Assembly (NCBI GenBank): GCA_029259715.1
Contig: JAJDEP010000018.1
Location: 42,544 to 106,543 of the forward strand
Length of the DNA: 64,000 nucleotides
Direction: 5' to 3'
Source: Planctomycetota bacterium
Lineage (GTDB): Bacteria > Planctomycetota > B15-G4
Shown in pieces: positions 55,256 to 63,481 of this stretch. Under the pieces are notes generated by a model. The model was not told the origin of the DNA and did no database searches. It was given only the letters and a program-made list of their open reading frames with translations. The translations under genes were made by a program, and so were the position numbers. Position 1 is the first letter of the stretch; each line of letters starts with the position of its first letter.

Positions 55256-56204
55256 TCCGGAGGCCGCTCCCGGGTCCCCGGTCGCCGGGCTGGGCCTGAC
55301 CGCCGCCGTCGTCGCCATCGCGGTTTCGAACGTGCTGGGCGGCGTCTCGTACCTGTGGCAGAAGCTCGCCCTGGTCGGGCTCCCCCCGATCACGGTGATC
55401 CTGCTGCGCAACATCGTGGCGCTGGTGGCCATGGCGATCATGCTCGCTGTCAGCGGGAACCTGCGCTGGCCCTACGACCGCCAGGCCACGTGGCGCCTGT
55501 TCATCGTGGGAAACGTCGCCTTCGCCCTGCCCATGGTGCTCGGCATCGTCGGCGTGCAGTGGTCGACGGCGAGCAACGGCTCGATCCTGATCCTGCTCGA
55601 GCCGGCGTCGATCCTGTTCTTCTCGTGGCTGCTGCTGCGCGAGTTCATCCACCGGCTGCAGGTGCTCGGCATCCTCGTCGGCCTCGTCGGCGCCCTGTTG
55701 GTGGTGACCGAGACGGCGCCGCTGGAGGGGCTGTTCACCGGGCAACACCTGTGGGGCAACGTGATCCTCGCCAGCCACGGCGTGCTCTGGGGCCTCTACT
55801 CCCCGCTCATCAAGCCGCTGCTCGACACCTACGGCAAGCCGATCCAGCTCACCTTCGCGTCGATGCTGCTCGCCTGTGTCTCCCTCGTCCCCGCCGCCCT
55901 GTTCGAACACGATCAATGGCAGACGGGACCGCATCTGGCCGAGGCCCTGTGGTGGACCCTCTGCCTCGGGCTCGTGGTCTCGTTCGCGGCCACGCTCCTG
56001 TGGAACGTCTCGCTCACCAAGCTGCGCTCGTCCACCGTGGCGCCCTTCGTGTTCCTGCAGCCCCTGGCCGGCGTCCTTGCCGGGTGGTTCGTCCTCGACG
56101 AGACGCTCACCGCCGAGGCCCTCGTCGGCGGGGCCGTGATCGGCGTCGGGGTGGCGTTGGTGCTGGCGCCGGCTTATCGGCGGCGACGCGCGCTGCGCAC
56201 CTGA
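55245..56204 (+). CDS. DMT-superfamily (EamA) transporter
   Basis: 319 aa, about 10 TM segments in two EamA-like halves. GTG start overlapping the upstream gene end. Confidence 0.8.
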   Translation: MAADPEAAPGSPVAGLGLTAAVVAIAVSNVLGGVSYLWQKLALVGLPPITVILLRNIVALVAMAIMLAVSGNLRWPYDRQATWRLFIVGNVAFALPMVLGIVGVQWSTASNGSILILLEPASILFFSWLLLREFIHRLQVLGILVGLVGALLVVTETAPLEGLFTGQHLWGNVILASHGVLWGLYSPLIKPLLDTYGKPIQLTFASMLLACVSLVPAALFEHDQWQTGPHLAEALWWTLCLGLVVSFAATLLWNVSLTKLRSSTVAPFVFLQPLAGVLAGWFVLDETLTAEALVGGAVIGVGVALVLAPAYRRRRALRT

Positions 56205-56247
56205 CCACAGGGCATCCGGGAGGAGGCGGTCCTGCGAGGGGGAGAAC

Positions 56248-56397
56248 GGTCCCCGTCCGGAACTCCCCCGGGTCTTCGCTCCTCGGGCAGTCCTCGCTTG
56301 CGCGCGCATCGGCGGCGCGGCCTACGGGCCGCACCGCCGATCCGTGCTCGCTGCGGAATCTCGGCTCGAAGACCGGGGGGAGTTCCGGACGGGGACC
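56248..56397 (+). repeat. nested-hairpin repeat, copy 1 (31-nt inverted arms flanking an 88-nt conserved core)
   Basis: The arms GGTCCCCGTCCGGAACTCCCCCGGGTCTTCG and CGAAGACCGGGGGGAGTTCCGGACGGGGACC are complementary except at one position. The core contains a 15-bp central hairpin with loop TAC. Confidence 0.9.
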
Positions 56398-56578
56398 TTG
56401 CCTCGACCTCACACCGGCCTAGCGGAAGGGTGGGAGGAGCGGCTTCAGCAAGACTCCAAGGGGCGGGAGTCTGGGAGAGACTGCGCAGCACCGGCTCAGC
56501 TGAGGGGCCGGGTTCAATCAGCGGTCTCGGATCGACTGGACCTCTCGGCGAGCCACCGCAAGTCGCGGCCGTGGAGCC

Positions 56579-56722
56579 CACCCGGGGAAAAACGGGAGGG
56601 TGTTCGAGCCGAGTTTCCGCAGCGAGCACGGTGATGGGGTGCGGCCCGTAGGCCGCGCTCCATCAGCGCGCGCAAGCGTGGACTGCCCGAGGAGCGAACA
56701 CCCTCCCGTTTTTCCCCGGGTG
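56579..56722 (-). repeat. nested-hairpin repeat, copy 2 (28-nt perfect inverted arms, same 88-nt core in opposite orientation)
   Basis: Arms CACCCGGGGAAAAACGGGAGGGTGTTCG and CGAACACCCTCCCGTTTTTCCCCGGGTG. The reverse complement of the core aligns base-for-base with the copy 1 core. Confidence 0.9.
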
Positions 56723-56742
56723 AGCGGCCCCTCCGCAGCTCC

Positions 56743-58767
56743 CTACCGGACGGCCGCCCTCAACGTCGCCGGCGAAGCGCTCTGCAGCTCGCCGAGCGCC
56801 GCGGCAGCCGCCGCCGAGAGATCGTCGTCGCCTTCATCCATGGCGGCGAGCAGGATCTCCGAGAAGTCGCCGGACGTGCCGGACACCGACCAGATGCGGG
56901 CGGCGGCGTGCATGGCGGCCACGCGCACCTCGGTGGCGAGGGAGTCGTCGGCGAGCATGGACTCGACGTCCGACTGGGCCTCGACGAGGCCGCCGTGGGC
57001 CACCACGTTGAGGATGGCCGTCATGGTCTCGGTGTCGGCGCCGGACCGCAGCGCCTGGGCGACCGAGGACGCCGCCGCCTGCACCACGCCGGGCGGCGCG
57101 TGCAGGAGCACGTTGGCGGCCTTGCGGGCCCGCGCGTGGGACTCCACCTGGCGGCCGCTGGGCTCACCCGCCACCTCGGCCAGGTCGGCGTAGCTCGCCG
57201 ATGTGACGACGCTCTGCACCTCACTGTCGTAGAGGCCGCTGATGCCGTCGACGTCGTGGGTCACGACAATGATGGGCGTGTCTGCCGTGCGCGGGTCGTT
57301 GCGCAGTCCGAAGATCAAGGCGTCGAGGGTCACGCCTTGCAGACCGTCCTGGATCAGGACCACGTCCTTGGGCGGGAAGGCCTTGGCGCGCAGCAGCCCC
57401 TCCTGCACCGAGGCGGCGTTGATCACCTGCCAACCGGGGGCGCCTGCGCCCAGACCGGTCGTGCCGATGGAGACGGCGATGCGCTGCGGCACGGCGGCGA
57501 GGGCCTCGCCCAGACGCTGGGCCACGAAGCCGTCGTACTGGCCGAGCCGGCCGAGGGCCATGGCCGCGCTCTGCGACACGGCGGCGTCGGGGTCGCCGAG
57601 CACGGACGCCAGGGCCTGCACCTCGAGGGCACTGCCGCCCATGCTGTCCATGAGCTGGACCGCGGCGGGCACCCGACGGGGCGTCGACGAGAGGGCGTGG
57701 ATCAGCGCCTGACCGCGCAGGCTGCCGCCCAGCGCGATGTTGCGGTCGAGGGCGACGAGCCGATCGGCGGCGGAGTCGAGCAGCGGGTGACCCGACAGCG
57801 AGTCGAGTTTCTGGGCCGCGAGGATCTCGGCCTTCTGCGCGGCGTGGACGGCCGCCAGCAGGGCCCGCGACTGGGAGCCCGCGCCGGCCTCCATGGCGTC
57901 GAGGCACAGCTCCTCGGCGAGCATCAGGGGCAGCAATCCGCCGAGCACCTGCTCACCGCGCAGCGCGCCGCCTTCCCACTTCCAGAAGATCGTGGAGGAG
58001 TCGTAGGGCTTGGTCAGCTCGGGCGCACCGCGGAAGTAGCCGTCGGCGATGGCCAGCGAAGCGTTCACCGGGTCGAGGGCGGCCTGGCCCATCTTGCCGA
58101 GGGCTTCGGCGGCCGTCGTGCGGGCCACACCGTCGGCGTCGTTGCGGGCCATCCAGGCCAGCGCGGCGAGGGCGCGTTGGTCGCCGAGGCTGCCCAGCAC
58201 GGCGGCGGCGTTGCTGCGCGTGAGCACGTCGTCGGACTCGAGCACCTCGATCAGCGGCAGCACGGCGTTGGAGCCGAGGCGGCGCAGCGCCTGCATGGCG
58301 CGCACGCGGTTGTCCATGGACGAGCTGTCGCCGAGGGGGCCCACGAGCGCCGGCACGGACCACTGTCCGTAGCGGCTCTGGAGCTGCAGCATGGCCGCGT
58401 GCTGCTGGGCGAAATCGCCGCTCAGCAACTGGCCGACCACATCGGCGGCCCCACCCGGGTCGCTGACCACGTCGAGGCGGCCGAGACGGGCGATGGCCAG
58501 GAAACGCTCGGTCAGGTCGCCCAACTCTCCGCGACTGACGAGCATGTCCATGAGCACGGCCTGTTCGACCGTGTCGAGCATCTCGAAGGCCTGGCCGTGG
58601 CCGGGGTTGCTCGCGAGGACCGACTTGAAGGCATCGGCGGCCGCAGCGCTGTCACCACGCTGGAAGGCGTCGACGCCCTGGCGGAAGAGTTCCTCGGAAG
58701 ACTGGGCGGCGGCGACGCCGCCGAACAACAGGGCGACGAGGAACGCGCAGGCGCGGCGGTGCATCAT
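56743..58767 (-). CDS. secreted HEAT-repeat protein with an internal receiver-like (flavodoxin-fold) segment
   Basis: Trimmed to MMHRRACAFLVALLFGGVAAAQS (signal peptide). It has repeated HEAT / PBS-lyase-like units (VRAMQALRRLGSNAVLPLIEVLESDD, RSNAAAVLGSLGD, ...). Confidence 0.7.
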   Translation of the reverse strand: MMHRRACAFLVALLFGGVAAAQSSEELFRQGVDAFQRGDSAAAADAFKSVLASNPGHGQAFEMLDTVEQAVLMDMLVSRGELGDLTERFLAIARLGRLDVVSDPGGAADVVGQLLSGDFAQQHAAMLQLQSRYGQWSVPALVGPLGDSSSMDNRVRAMQALRRLGSNAVLPLIEVLESDDVLTRSNAAAVLGSLGDQRALAALAWMARNDADGVARTTAAEALGKMGQAALDPVNASLAIADGYFRGAPELTKPYDSSTIFWKWEGGALRGEQVLGGLLPLMLAEELCLDAMEAGAGSQSRALLAAVHAAQKAEILAAQKLDSLSGHPLLDSAADRLVALDRNIALGGSLRGQALIHALSSTPRRVPAAVQLMDSMGGSALEVQALASVLGDPDAAVSQSAAMALGRLGQYDGFVAQRLGEALAAVPQRIAVSIGTTGLGAGAPGWQVINAASVQEGLLRAKAFPPKDVVLIQDGLQGVTLDALIFGLRNDPRTADTPIIVVTHDVDGISGLYDSEVQSVVTSASYADLAEVAGEPSGRQVESHARARKAANVLLHAPPGVVQAAASSVAQALRSGADTETMTAILNVVAHGGLVEAQSDVESMLADDSLATEVRVAAMHAAARIWSVSGTSGDFSEILLAAMDEGDDDLSAAAAAALGELQSASPATLRAAVR

Positions 58768-58904
58768 GGGTGCGCTCGCTGGCGGATCGGAAACGGAGGC
58801 GGCGGGACGATTCTGCCGCAAGCTCCGGGAGAGGCGAAGCTTAGGGAAGCGCCCGGATTTATCAAGGCGACCCATCTAGCGCAGCGCGACCGGGGCGTGA
58901 CGGC

Positions 58905-60914
58905 TCAAGCGGGCGGCTTGCTCCGGCTCAGCCCGGGCAACGCGATGGCGAGAACCGCCCCGCCGCCCAGCGCACACAGGACCCAGACCCAGGCGCCGTG
59001 CCCCCCCGAGAGCAGCAGGCTCGCCGGCAGGAACAGGCAACCCAGCACCATCACCACCGAGGCGGCCCAGGCGAGCAGCTGACGGGTCCAGGAGAGGCGG
59101 CCGGGGTCAGGGCTCGCGACGGGCCCCCAGGCCCCCAGGGGCCGAACGCGGGTCACGAACTGCCGCAGATGCTCGGTCTCCACGGGCGGCGTCAGCAGGG
59201 TCACGACCAGCACCGCCAGCGACGACGTCCCCAGCACGATCAGCAGGCGGCCGGCGAAGACCACCTCCCCCTCCGCCACCAGGCCGGCCGGCAGCAGGCC
59301 GGCCCCCAGGGCCGGCTCGAAGTGGTAGGTCACGGTCACGGCCGCCGAAACCAGCAGGGCCGCCACCTCCGACCACGCGTTGATGCGCCACCAGAACCAA
59401 CGCAGGATGTAAACGAGACCGACGCCGCCGAACAGCGTCGAGAAGCTGTCGAACATGTCGCGCAGGCTGTCGCTGGAATAGGCGAAGGCCAGCCCCGTGC
59501 CGATCACCCCGATGCCCACGATGCGGGCGATGCGCAGGTAGTGTCGCTGGTCGGCGTCCTCGCGGATGAAGCGCTTGTAGACGTCGTTCACGAGGTAGGC
59601 CGACGCCAGGTTCAGGTGCGTGTCCACCGTCGACATGAAGGCGGCCAGGAAGGACGCGATCATCAATCCCAGCAGTCCCGCCGGCAGGTAGCGACGCATC
59701 ATCACCGGGTAGGCGTTCTCGTCGTCGGGCGCCGCTACCACCTGCCCTGCGGTCACGGCATCGCCGACAGCCACCCGGGGCTGCGCCTGCCAGTCGGAGA
59801 GCCCCGCGTCGGGCACGAGCACGTTCACGCTCTCTCCCTCGAGCGTCGCGATCGCCACCACCTGCCCGGACACGGACACCACCTCGCCGCTGACGGGGCT
59901 CGTGGCGATGAGCGGCGGCAGGACCAGCAGCGACGCCAGCGCCACGAGGATCCACGGCCACGGGCGCACGGCGAAGAAGGCCACCGCGTACCACAGCGAG
60001 GCCAGGGTGGAGTGCCGCTCGTCCTTGCTGGCCAGCATGCGCTGGACCTGCACGCCGCTGCCGTCGGCGTTCTTGCTGGCGATCCACATGACGCCCACGA
60101 AGACCAGGAATTCCCAGGTCTCGCGGCTCCAGGGCGCCGAGCCGGTGTCCGGCAACGGTGGCGTGCCCGCCAGCAGGCCGGCGGTGGCGGCGCTCGACTC
60201 CAGCGCCGTCTGCAATCCCCCGAAGCCCCCGAAGGGCTCGACCACCGCGAACATGAGCACGATGGCGCCAATGAGGGCGACCCCGAACTGAATGAAGTCG
60301 GTCAGCACGACTCCCCACAGGCCCGCCAACTCCGCATAGATCAGCGCGATGACGAGGCAGCCGAGCATGACCAGGTCGCCCCCCGCCGGTGCGAACGGAC
60401 CGAACACGAAGACGGGCTCGTCGCCGAAGCCGAGCATCACCTCCATGACCTTGCCCATGGCCAGGATCACCCACCCCAGCACGAAGCAGTGCATGAAGAT
60501 CACCTGGTACACGCCTTTGAATCCGCGCAGCAGCCGGGCCGGCCGACCCGAGTAGCGCAGCTCCATGAACTCGACGTCGGTGAGCACCTCGGTGCGCCGC
60601 CACAGGCGCGCGAACACCACGGCGGCCAGCATGGTGCCGACCAGGTACGCCCACCAACGCCAGTTGCCCGAGACGCCGCCGGACCGGGTCCAGCCGCTGA
60701 TCACCAACGGCGTGTCGGACGCGAAGGAGGTGGCCACCATGGAGGTGCCGGCCAGCCACCAGGGCAGGTTGCGCCCCGAGAGGAAGAATCCCTCCAGCGT
60801 GCCCTTCGCGCGGCGCGCCACGGCGACACCCAGGCCCAGCGTGAGCACCAGGTACAGCCCGATGACGACGGCGTCGATCCAGCCCAACTCGGTGGGCGGC
60901 GGCAGCTCGCCCAT
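58905..60914 (-). CDS. sodium:solute symporter (SSF) family transporter with an inserted soluble segment
   Basis: 669-aa polytopic protein with an SSF-like N-terminus (GFFLSGRNLPWWLAGTSMVATSFASDTPL). An insert of about 65 aa, rich in V/G/S/A, lies mid-protein. Confidence 0.8.
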   Translation of the reverse strand: MGELPPPTELGWIDAVVIGLYLVLTLGLGVAVARRAKGTLEGFFLSGRNLPWWLAGTSMVATSFASDTPLVISGWTRSGGVSGNWRWWAYLVGTMLAAVVFARLWRRTEVLTDVEFMELRYSGRPARLLRGFKGVYQVIFMHCFVLGWVILAMGKVMEVMLGFGDEPVFVFGPFAPAGGDLVMLGCLVIALIYAELAGLWGVVLTDFIQFGVALIGAIVLMFAVVEPFGGFGGLQTALESSAATAGLLAGTPPLPDTGSAPWSRETWEFLVFVGVMWIASKNADGSGVQVQRMLASKDERHSTLASLWYAVAFFAVRPWPWILVALASLLVLPPLIATSPVSGEVVSVSGQVVAIATLEGESVNVLVPDAGLSDWQAQPRVAVGDAVTAGQVVAAPDDENAYPVMMRRYLPAGLLGLMIASFLAAFMSTVDTHLNLASAYLVNDVYKRFIREDADQRHYLRIARIVGIGVIGTGLAFAYSSDSLRDMFDSFSTLFGGVGLVYILRWFWWRINAWSEVAALLVSAAVTVTYHFEPALGAGLLPAGLVAEGEVVFAGRLLIVLGTSSLAVLVVTLLTPPVETEHLRQFVTRVRPLGAWGPVASPDPGRLSWTRQLLAWAASVVMVLGCLFLPASLLLSGGHGAWVWVLCALGGGAVLAIALPGLSRSKPPA

Positions 60915-60930
60915 CAGGCGGCTCCCTTCC

Positions 60931-60973
60931 TCAAGACCCCTGCACCTTCAAGGTCCCTGCACCCTCAAGACTG
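60931..60973. promoter_or_regulatory. 2.5 x 17-bp direct repeat upstream of the SSF transporter gene
   Basis: TCAAGACCCCTGCACCT / TCAAGGTCCCTGCACCC / TCAAGACTG, read directly. It lies 17-59 nt upstream of the SSF start codon. Confidence 0.4.
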
Positions 60974-60981
60974 ACGCGCCA

Positions 60982-62478
60982 TCAATCGGCGAGCGGTTCG
61001 AGCAACGTCTCGCTCGGGATCTTGATGCGCGGCGTGATGAAGAAAACGATCTCGGTGTTGGCCTCGCGGCTGCTGCGGCTCTTGAAGAGCCAGCCGATCA
61101 CGGGGATGTCGCCGAGGAAGGGCACCTTGGTGATGACCTCGATGTCGCTGCTCTGGCGCAGCCCGCCGATGGAGAAGACCTGACCGCTGTGGACGTGCAC
61201 CGTGGTGCCGGCCTCGCGCTGACTGATGACCGGGGTCGAGACTTCCACGCCGCTCAGCACGAAGGGCTCCTCGCCGGTGACCGCCGAGACGTCGATGGAC
61301 ACGTCGATGCGGATCACGTCGCCGCCGACGATGAACGGCACCAGCTCGATGGTCACGCCGGTGTCCTCGAAAGACGTCGTGACCTGGGCGTTCGTGCCGA
61401 GGCCGGACGCCGCGAACACGGGCACGCGGTCACCCGTGGTGAGCCGCGCCCGGTGGCCGTTGAGCACCGTGACCGTGGGCGCCGAGATGAGCTCGGACGC
61501 GCCGATGGTCTGGAGGAAGCTCAACAGCGAGTCGACCCGCAGCCCGTTGTGCACGCCCTGCAGGCTGAGCAGGAATCCGGTCACCGACGTGGGCGTGGCG
61601 AAGCTGCTGAAGGCGGCGCCCGCCCCCGTGAGGTCGGGGGTGCCGTTGAGGTCGAGGTCGTCGAAGATCGGCAGGCCCCCGCCGAAGGCCCCGTCGACAG
61701 GGTTGGTCACGGGATCGAAGGGCGCGTCGCGGTTCTCAAGGTTGAAGACCTGCAGCTTGCTGTCCCAGTCGAGCAGGTCGTCGAGGTTGATCTCGACCAC
61801 GCGCACCTCGATCTCCACCTGCGGCACGTCCGCGAGCAGCTTGTGCAACAGCTCGTCGACGTAGAGCAGGATCTCGGGCGGCGCCGTCACCACCAGCATG
61901 TCGGCCACCTTGGTGCCGGCGATGGCCGACCGGATGCCGAAGCCTTCCGTCTCGTCGGAGTAGAAGTCGCTGTGCAGCACGTAGCGGATGGCCTGGCCCG
62001 CCTCGGGGTTGGGGCCGCCCACCACGCCTTCTTCCAGCGGGAAGCCGGGCACCGTCGTCTGCAGCAACTTGACGATCTTGACGCCGTTGCCCGAGCGCAG
62101 CGTGTAGATCTTCGACCAGGTGCCGTCGATGCCGCGCACGACGTCGCGACCGAGGCGCGAGAAGACCTCGCTGCGATCGTCGATGACGCTCGCGAGCGCG
62201 TCTTCGGGCGTGGCGGGCGTGATCAGGCTGAGCAGCCCCTCGTCGTCGCCGGAGCCCGAGTCGATGGAGACCAGCGGCGCAACGTCAGCGATGGCCGGGT
62301 CGAGCTCGCCGGCGCCCGGGGGCGGGGGGCCCACGAACACCTCGGGCTGGTCGGACACCAGCATCCAATCACGGGCATCGCCCGGCGCCCGCTCGGTCTC
62401 GGAGACGCAGGCCGGTGCGACGAGGATCGCCACGAGGGCCGCGGATGCCGCGAGCACGAGGCGCCGGCGGGGAATCAT
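60982..62478 (-). CDS. secretin-family outer-membrane channel (GspD/PilQ-like), predicted lipoprotein
   Basis: Lipobox LVAPAC. Secretin C-domain ending in KVPFLGDIPVIGWLFKS...VFFITPRI. Confidence 0.85.
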   Translation of the reverse strand: MIPRRRLVLAASAALVAILVAPACVSETERAPGDARDWMLVSDQPEVFVGPPPPGAGELDPAIADVAPLVSIDSGSGDDEGLLSLITPATPEDALASVIDDRSEVFSRLGRDVVRGIDGTWSKIYTLRSGNGVKIVKLLQTTVPGFPLEEGVVGGPNPEAGQAIRYVLHSDFYSDETEGFGIRSAIAGTKVADMLVVTAPPEILLYVDELLHKLLADVPQVEIEVRVVEINLDDLLDWDSKLQVFNLENRDAPFDPVTNPVDGAFGGGLPIFDDLDLNGTPDLTGAGAAFSSFATPTSVTGFLLSLQGVHNGLRVDSLLSFLQTIGASELISAPTVTVLNGHRARLTTGDRVPVFAASGLGTNAQVTTSFEDTGVTIELVPFIVGGDVIRIDVSIDVSAVTGEEPFVLSGVEVSTPVISQREAGTTVHVHSGQVFSIGGLRQSSDIEVITKVPFLGDIPVIGWLFKSRSSREANTEIVFFITPRIKIPSETLLEPLAD

Positions 62479-63254
62479 CGCTCGACGGCCGCCACCGCGA
62501 TGGTCGTGATGTCGGGCACGGGGCCGAGTCGGGACGTCACCCCGCCCTGTTCGACCACCGCATCATGGCCGCCCTGCCGGGCCGCCTGACGCACCACGCG
62601 ATTGAGTTCACTCATGTAGCGGTGCCGCAGCAGGTGGAAGCGGGCGTCGGTCTCGTCGAGCAACTGGGCCTCCTGCCAGGCGGGGATCGCCGCGAGCACC
62701 GCCCGCGAATCGAGGCTGCCGATGCGCAGCGCGCCCTTGGCGCGCCCGTAGTGCACCTCACCATGCACATGATAGACGGGCAGCCGGTCGGTGACGTCCC
62801 GGGTCAGGTTCGGCACGGGCTTCGGACTGCCGGTCACGCCCCCGGGGACGGTCACGACGTTGACCGCTCGCTGCCGGGCGGACTCGACCAGGGCGCGATT
62901 CACGTCGGCCTGAGCGGTCGCGAAGAGCGGGCGGCCCAGCGGGTCGGTCTCCCGGCTGCCGATGGCCTTCATGTGCATGTAGGCCGGGTGGCTCGCGTAC
63001 ACGCTGACGATGTCCACCTCGGCGGCGACGGGGGCTTTGCTGCCCCGCGCGTCGTAGAGAATCTGGCCGGTGATCTGGATGCCGTCGTCGTCGGCGGCGG
63101 CTTCCGCCGTCGCGGTCGGCGATGTGATCGGCTCAGGCCCCGTGGTCGGCATCGCGGCCGCGATGGCCGCCAGCGGTCCGACGAACAAGAGCGCGGCCGA
63201 GGCGGTCCACGCCACCACAAATCCCCTCGATGTGTCTTTGCCCGGCCGGTTCAT
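62475..63254 (-). CDS. hypothetical periplasmic protein, weakly Skp/OmpH-like, translationally coupled to the secretin
   Basis: Start set at MNRPGKDTSRGFVVAWTASAALLFVGPLAAIAAA (signal or anchor). A longer start would run through the terminator at 63289-63322. ATGA overlap with the secretin start. Confidence 0.55.
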   Translation of the reverse strand: MNRPGKDTSRGFVVAWTASAALLFVGPLAAIAAAMPTTGPEPITSPTATAEAAADDDGIQITGQILYDARGSKAPVAAEVDIVSVYASHPAYMHMKAIGSRETDPLGRPLFATAQADVNRALVESARQRAVNVVTVPGGVTGSPKPVPNLTRDVTDRLPVYHVHGEVHYGRAKGALRIGSLDSRAVLAAIPAWQEAQLLDETDARFHLLRHRYMSELNRVVRQAARQGGHDAVVEQGGVTSRLGPVPDITTIAVAAVER

Positions 63255-63288
63255 CACCGGTTCCTCCACGTGCGACGGGCCCGCCCCC

Positions 63289-63322
63289 AAAAAAACAGGC
63301 GCCGATACATCTCATCGGCGCG
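63289..63322 (-). terminator. Rho-independent terminator downstream of the S1-domain gene
   Basis: The minus strand reads GCGCCGAT-GAGATGT-ATCGGCGC followed by CTGTTTTTTTGGGG. A second strong hairpin lies at 63395-63429. Confidence 0.7.
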
Positions 63323-63481
63323 AAATCAGGCCCGCATAACAGGATACGGGGACTTTCCTTTGCTCGTCGACCGGAATCGGGCCCTGAGACGACTCCGGCC
63401 CCCTGGACCCGACGGATCCAGAGGGCCGGATGTGAACGAGAAAGTCACCGGCAGGGCCGGTCTCTCCCGGTCGAGCGGGGA

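Noticed and set aside
56495-56545. A GGGTTCAATC string between the two repeat copies, resembling a tRNA T-arm.
   Set aside because: The flanking bases do not form a T-stem, and no acceptor or anticodon arms can be drawn. It is not a tRNA or tmRNA fragment.
56107-57193. Small ORFs across the intergenic repeats that share peptides (MLAAE[S/T]RLE..., FEP[S/R]FRSEHG..VRPVGRA).
   Set aside because: The shared peptides arise because the same 88-nt core is present in both orientations. The ORFs overlap each other on both strands and have no RBS or coding-like composition.
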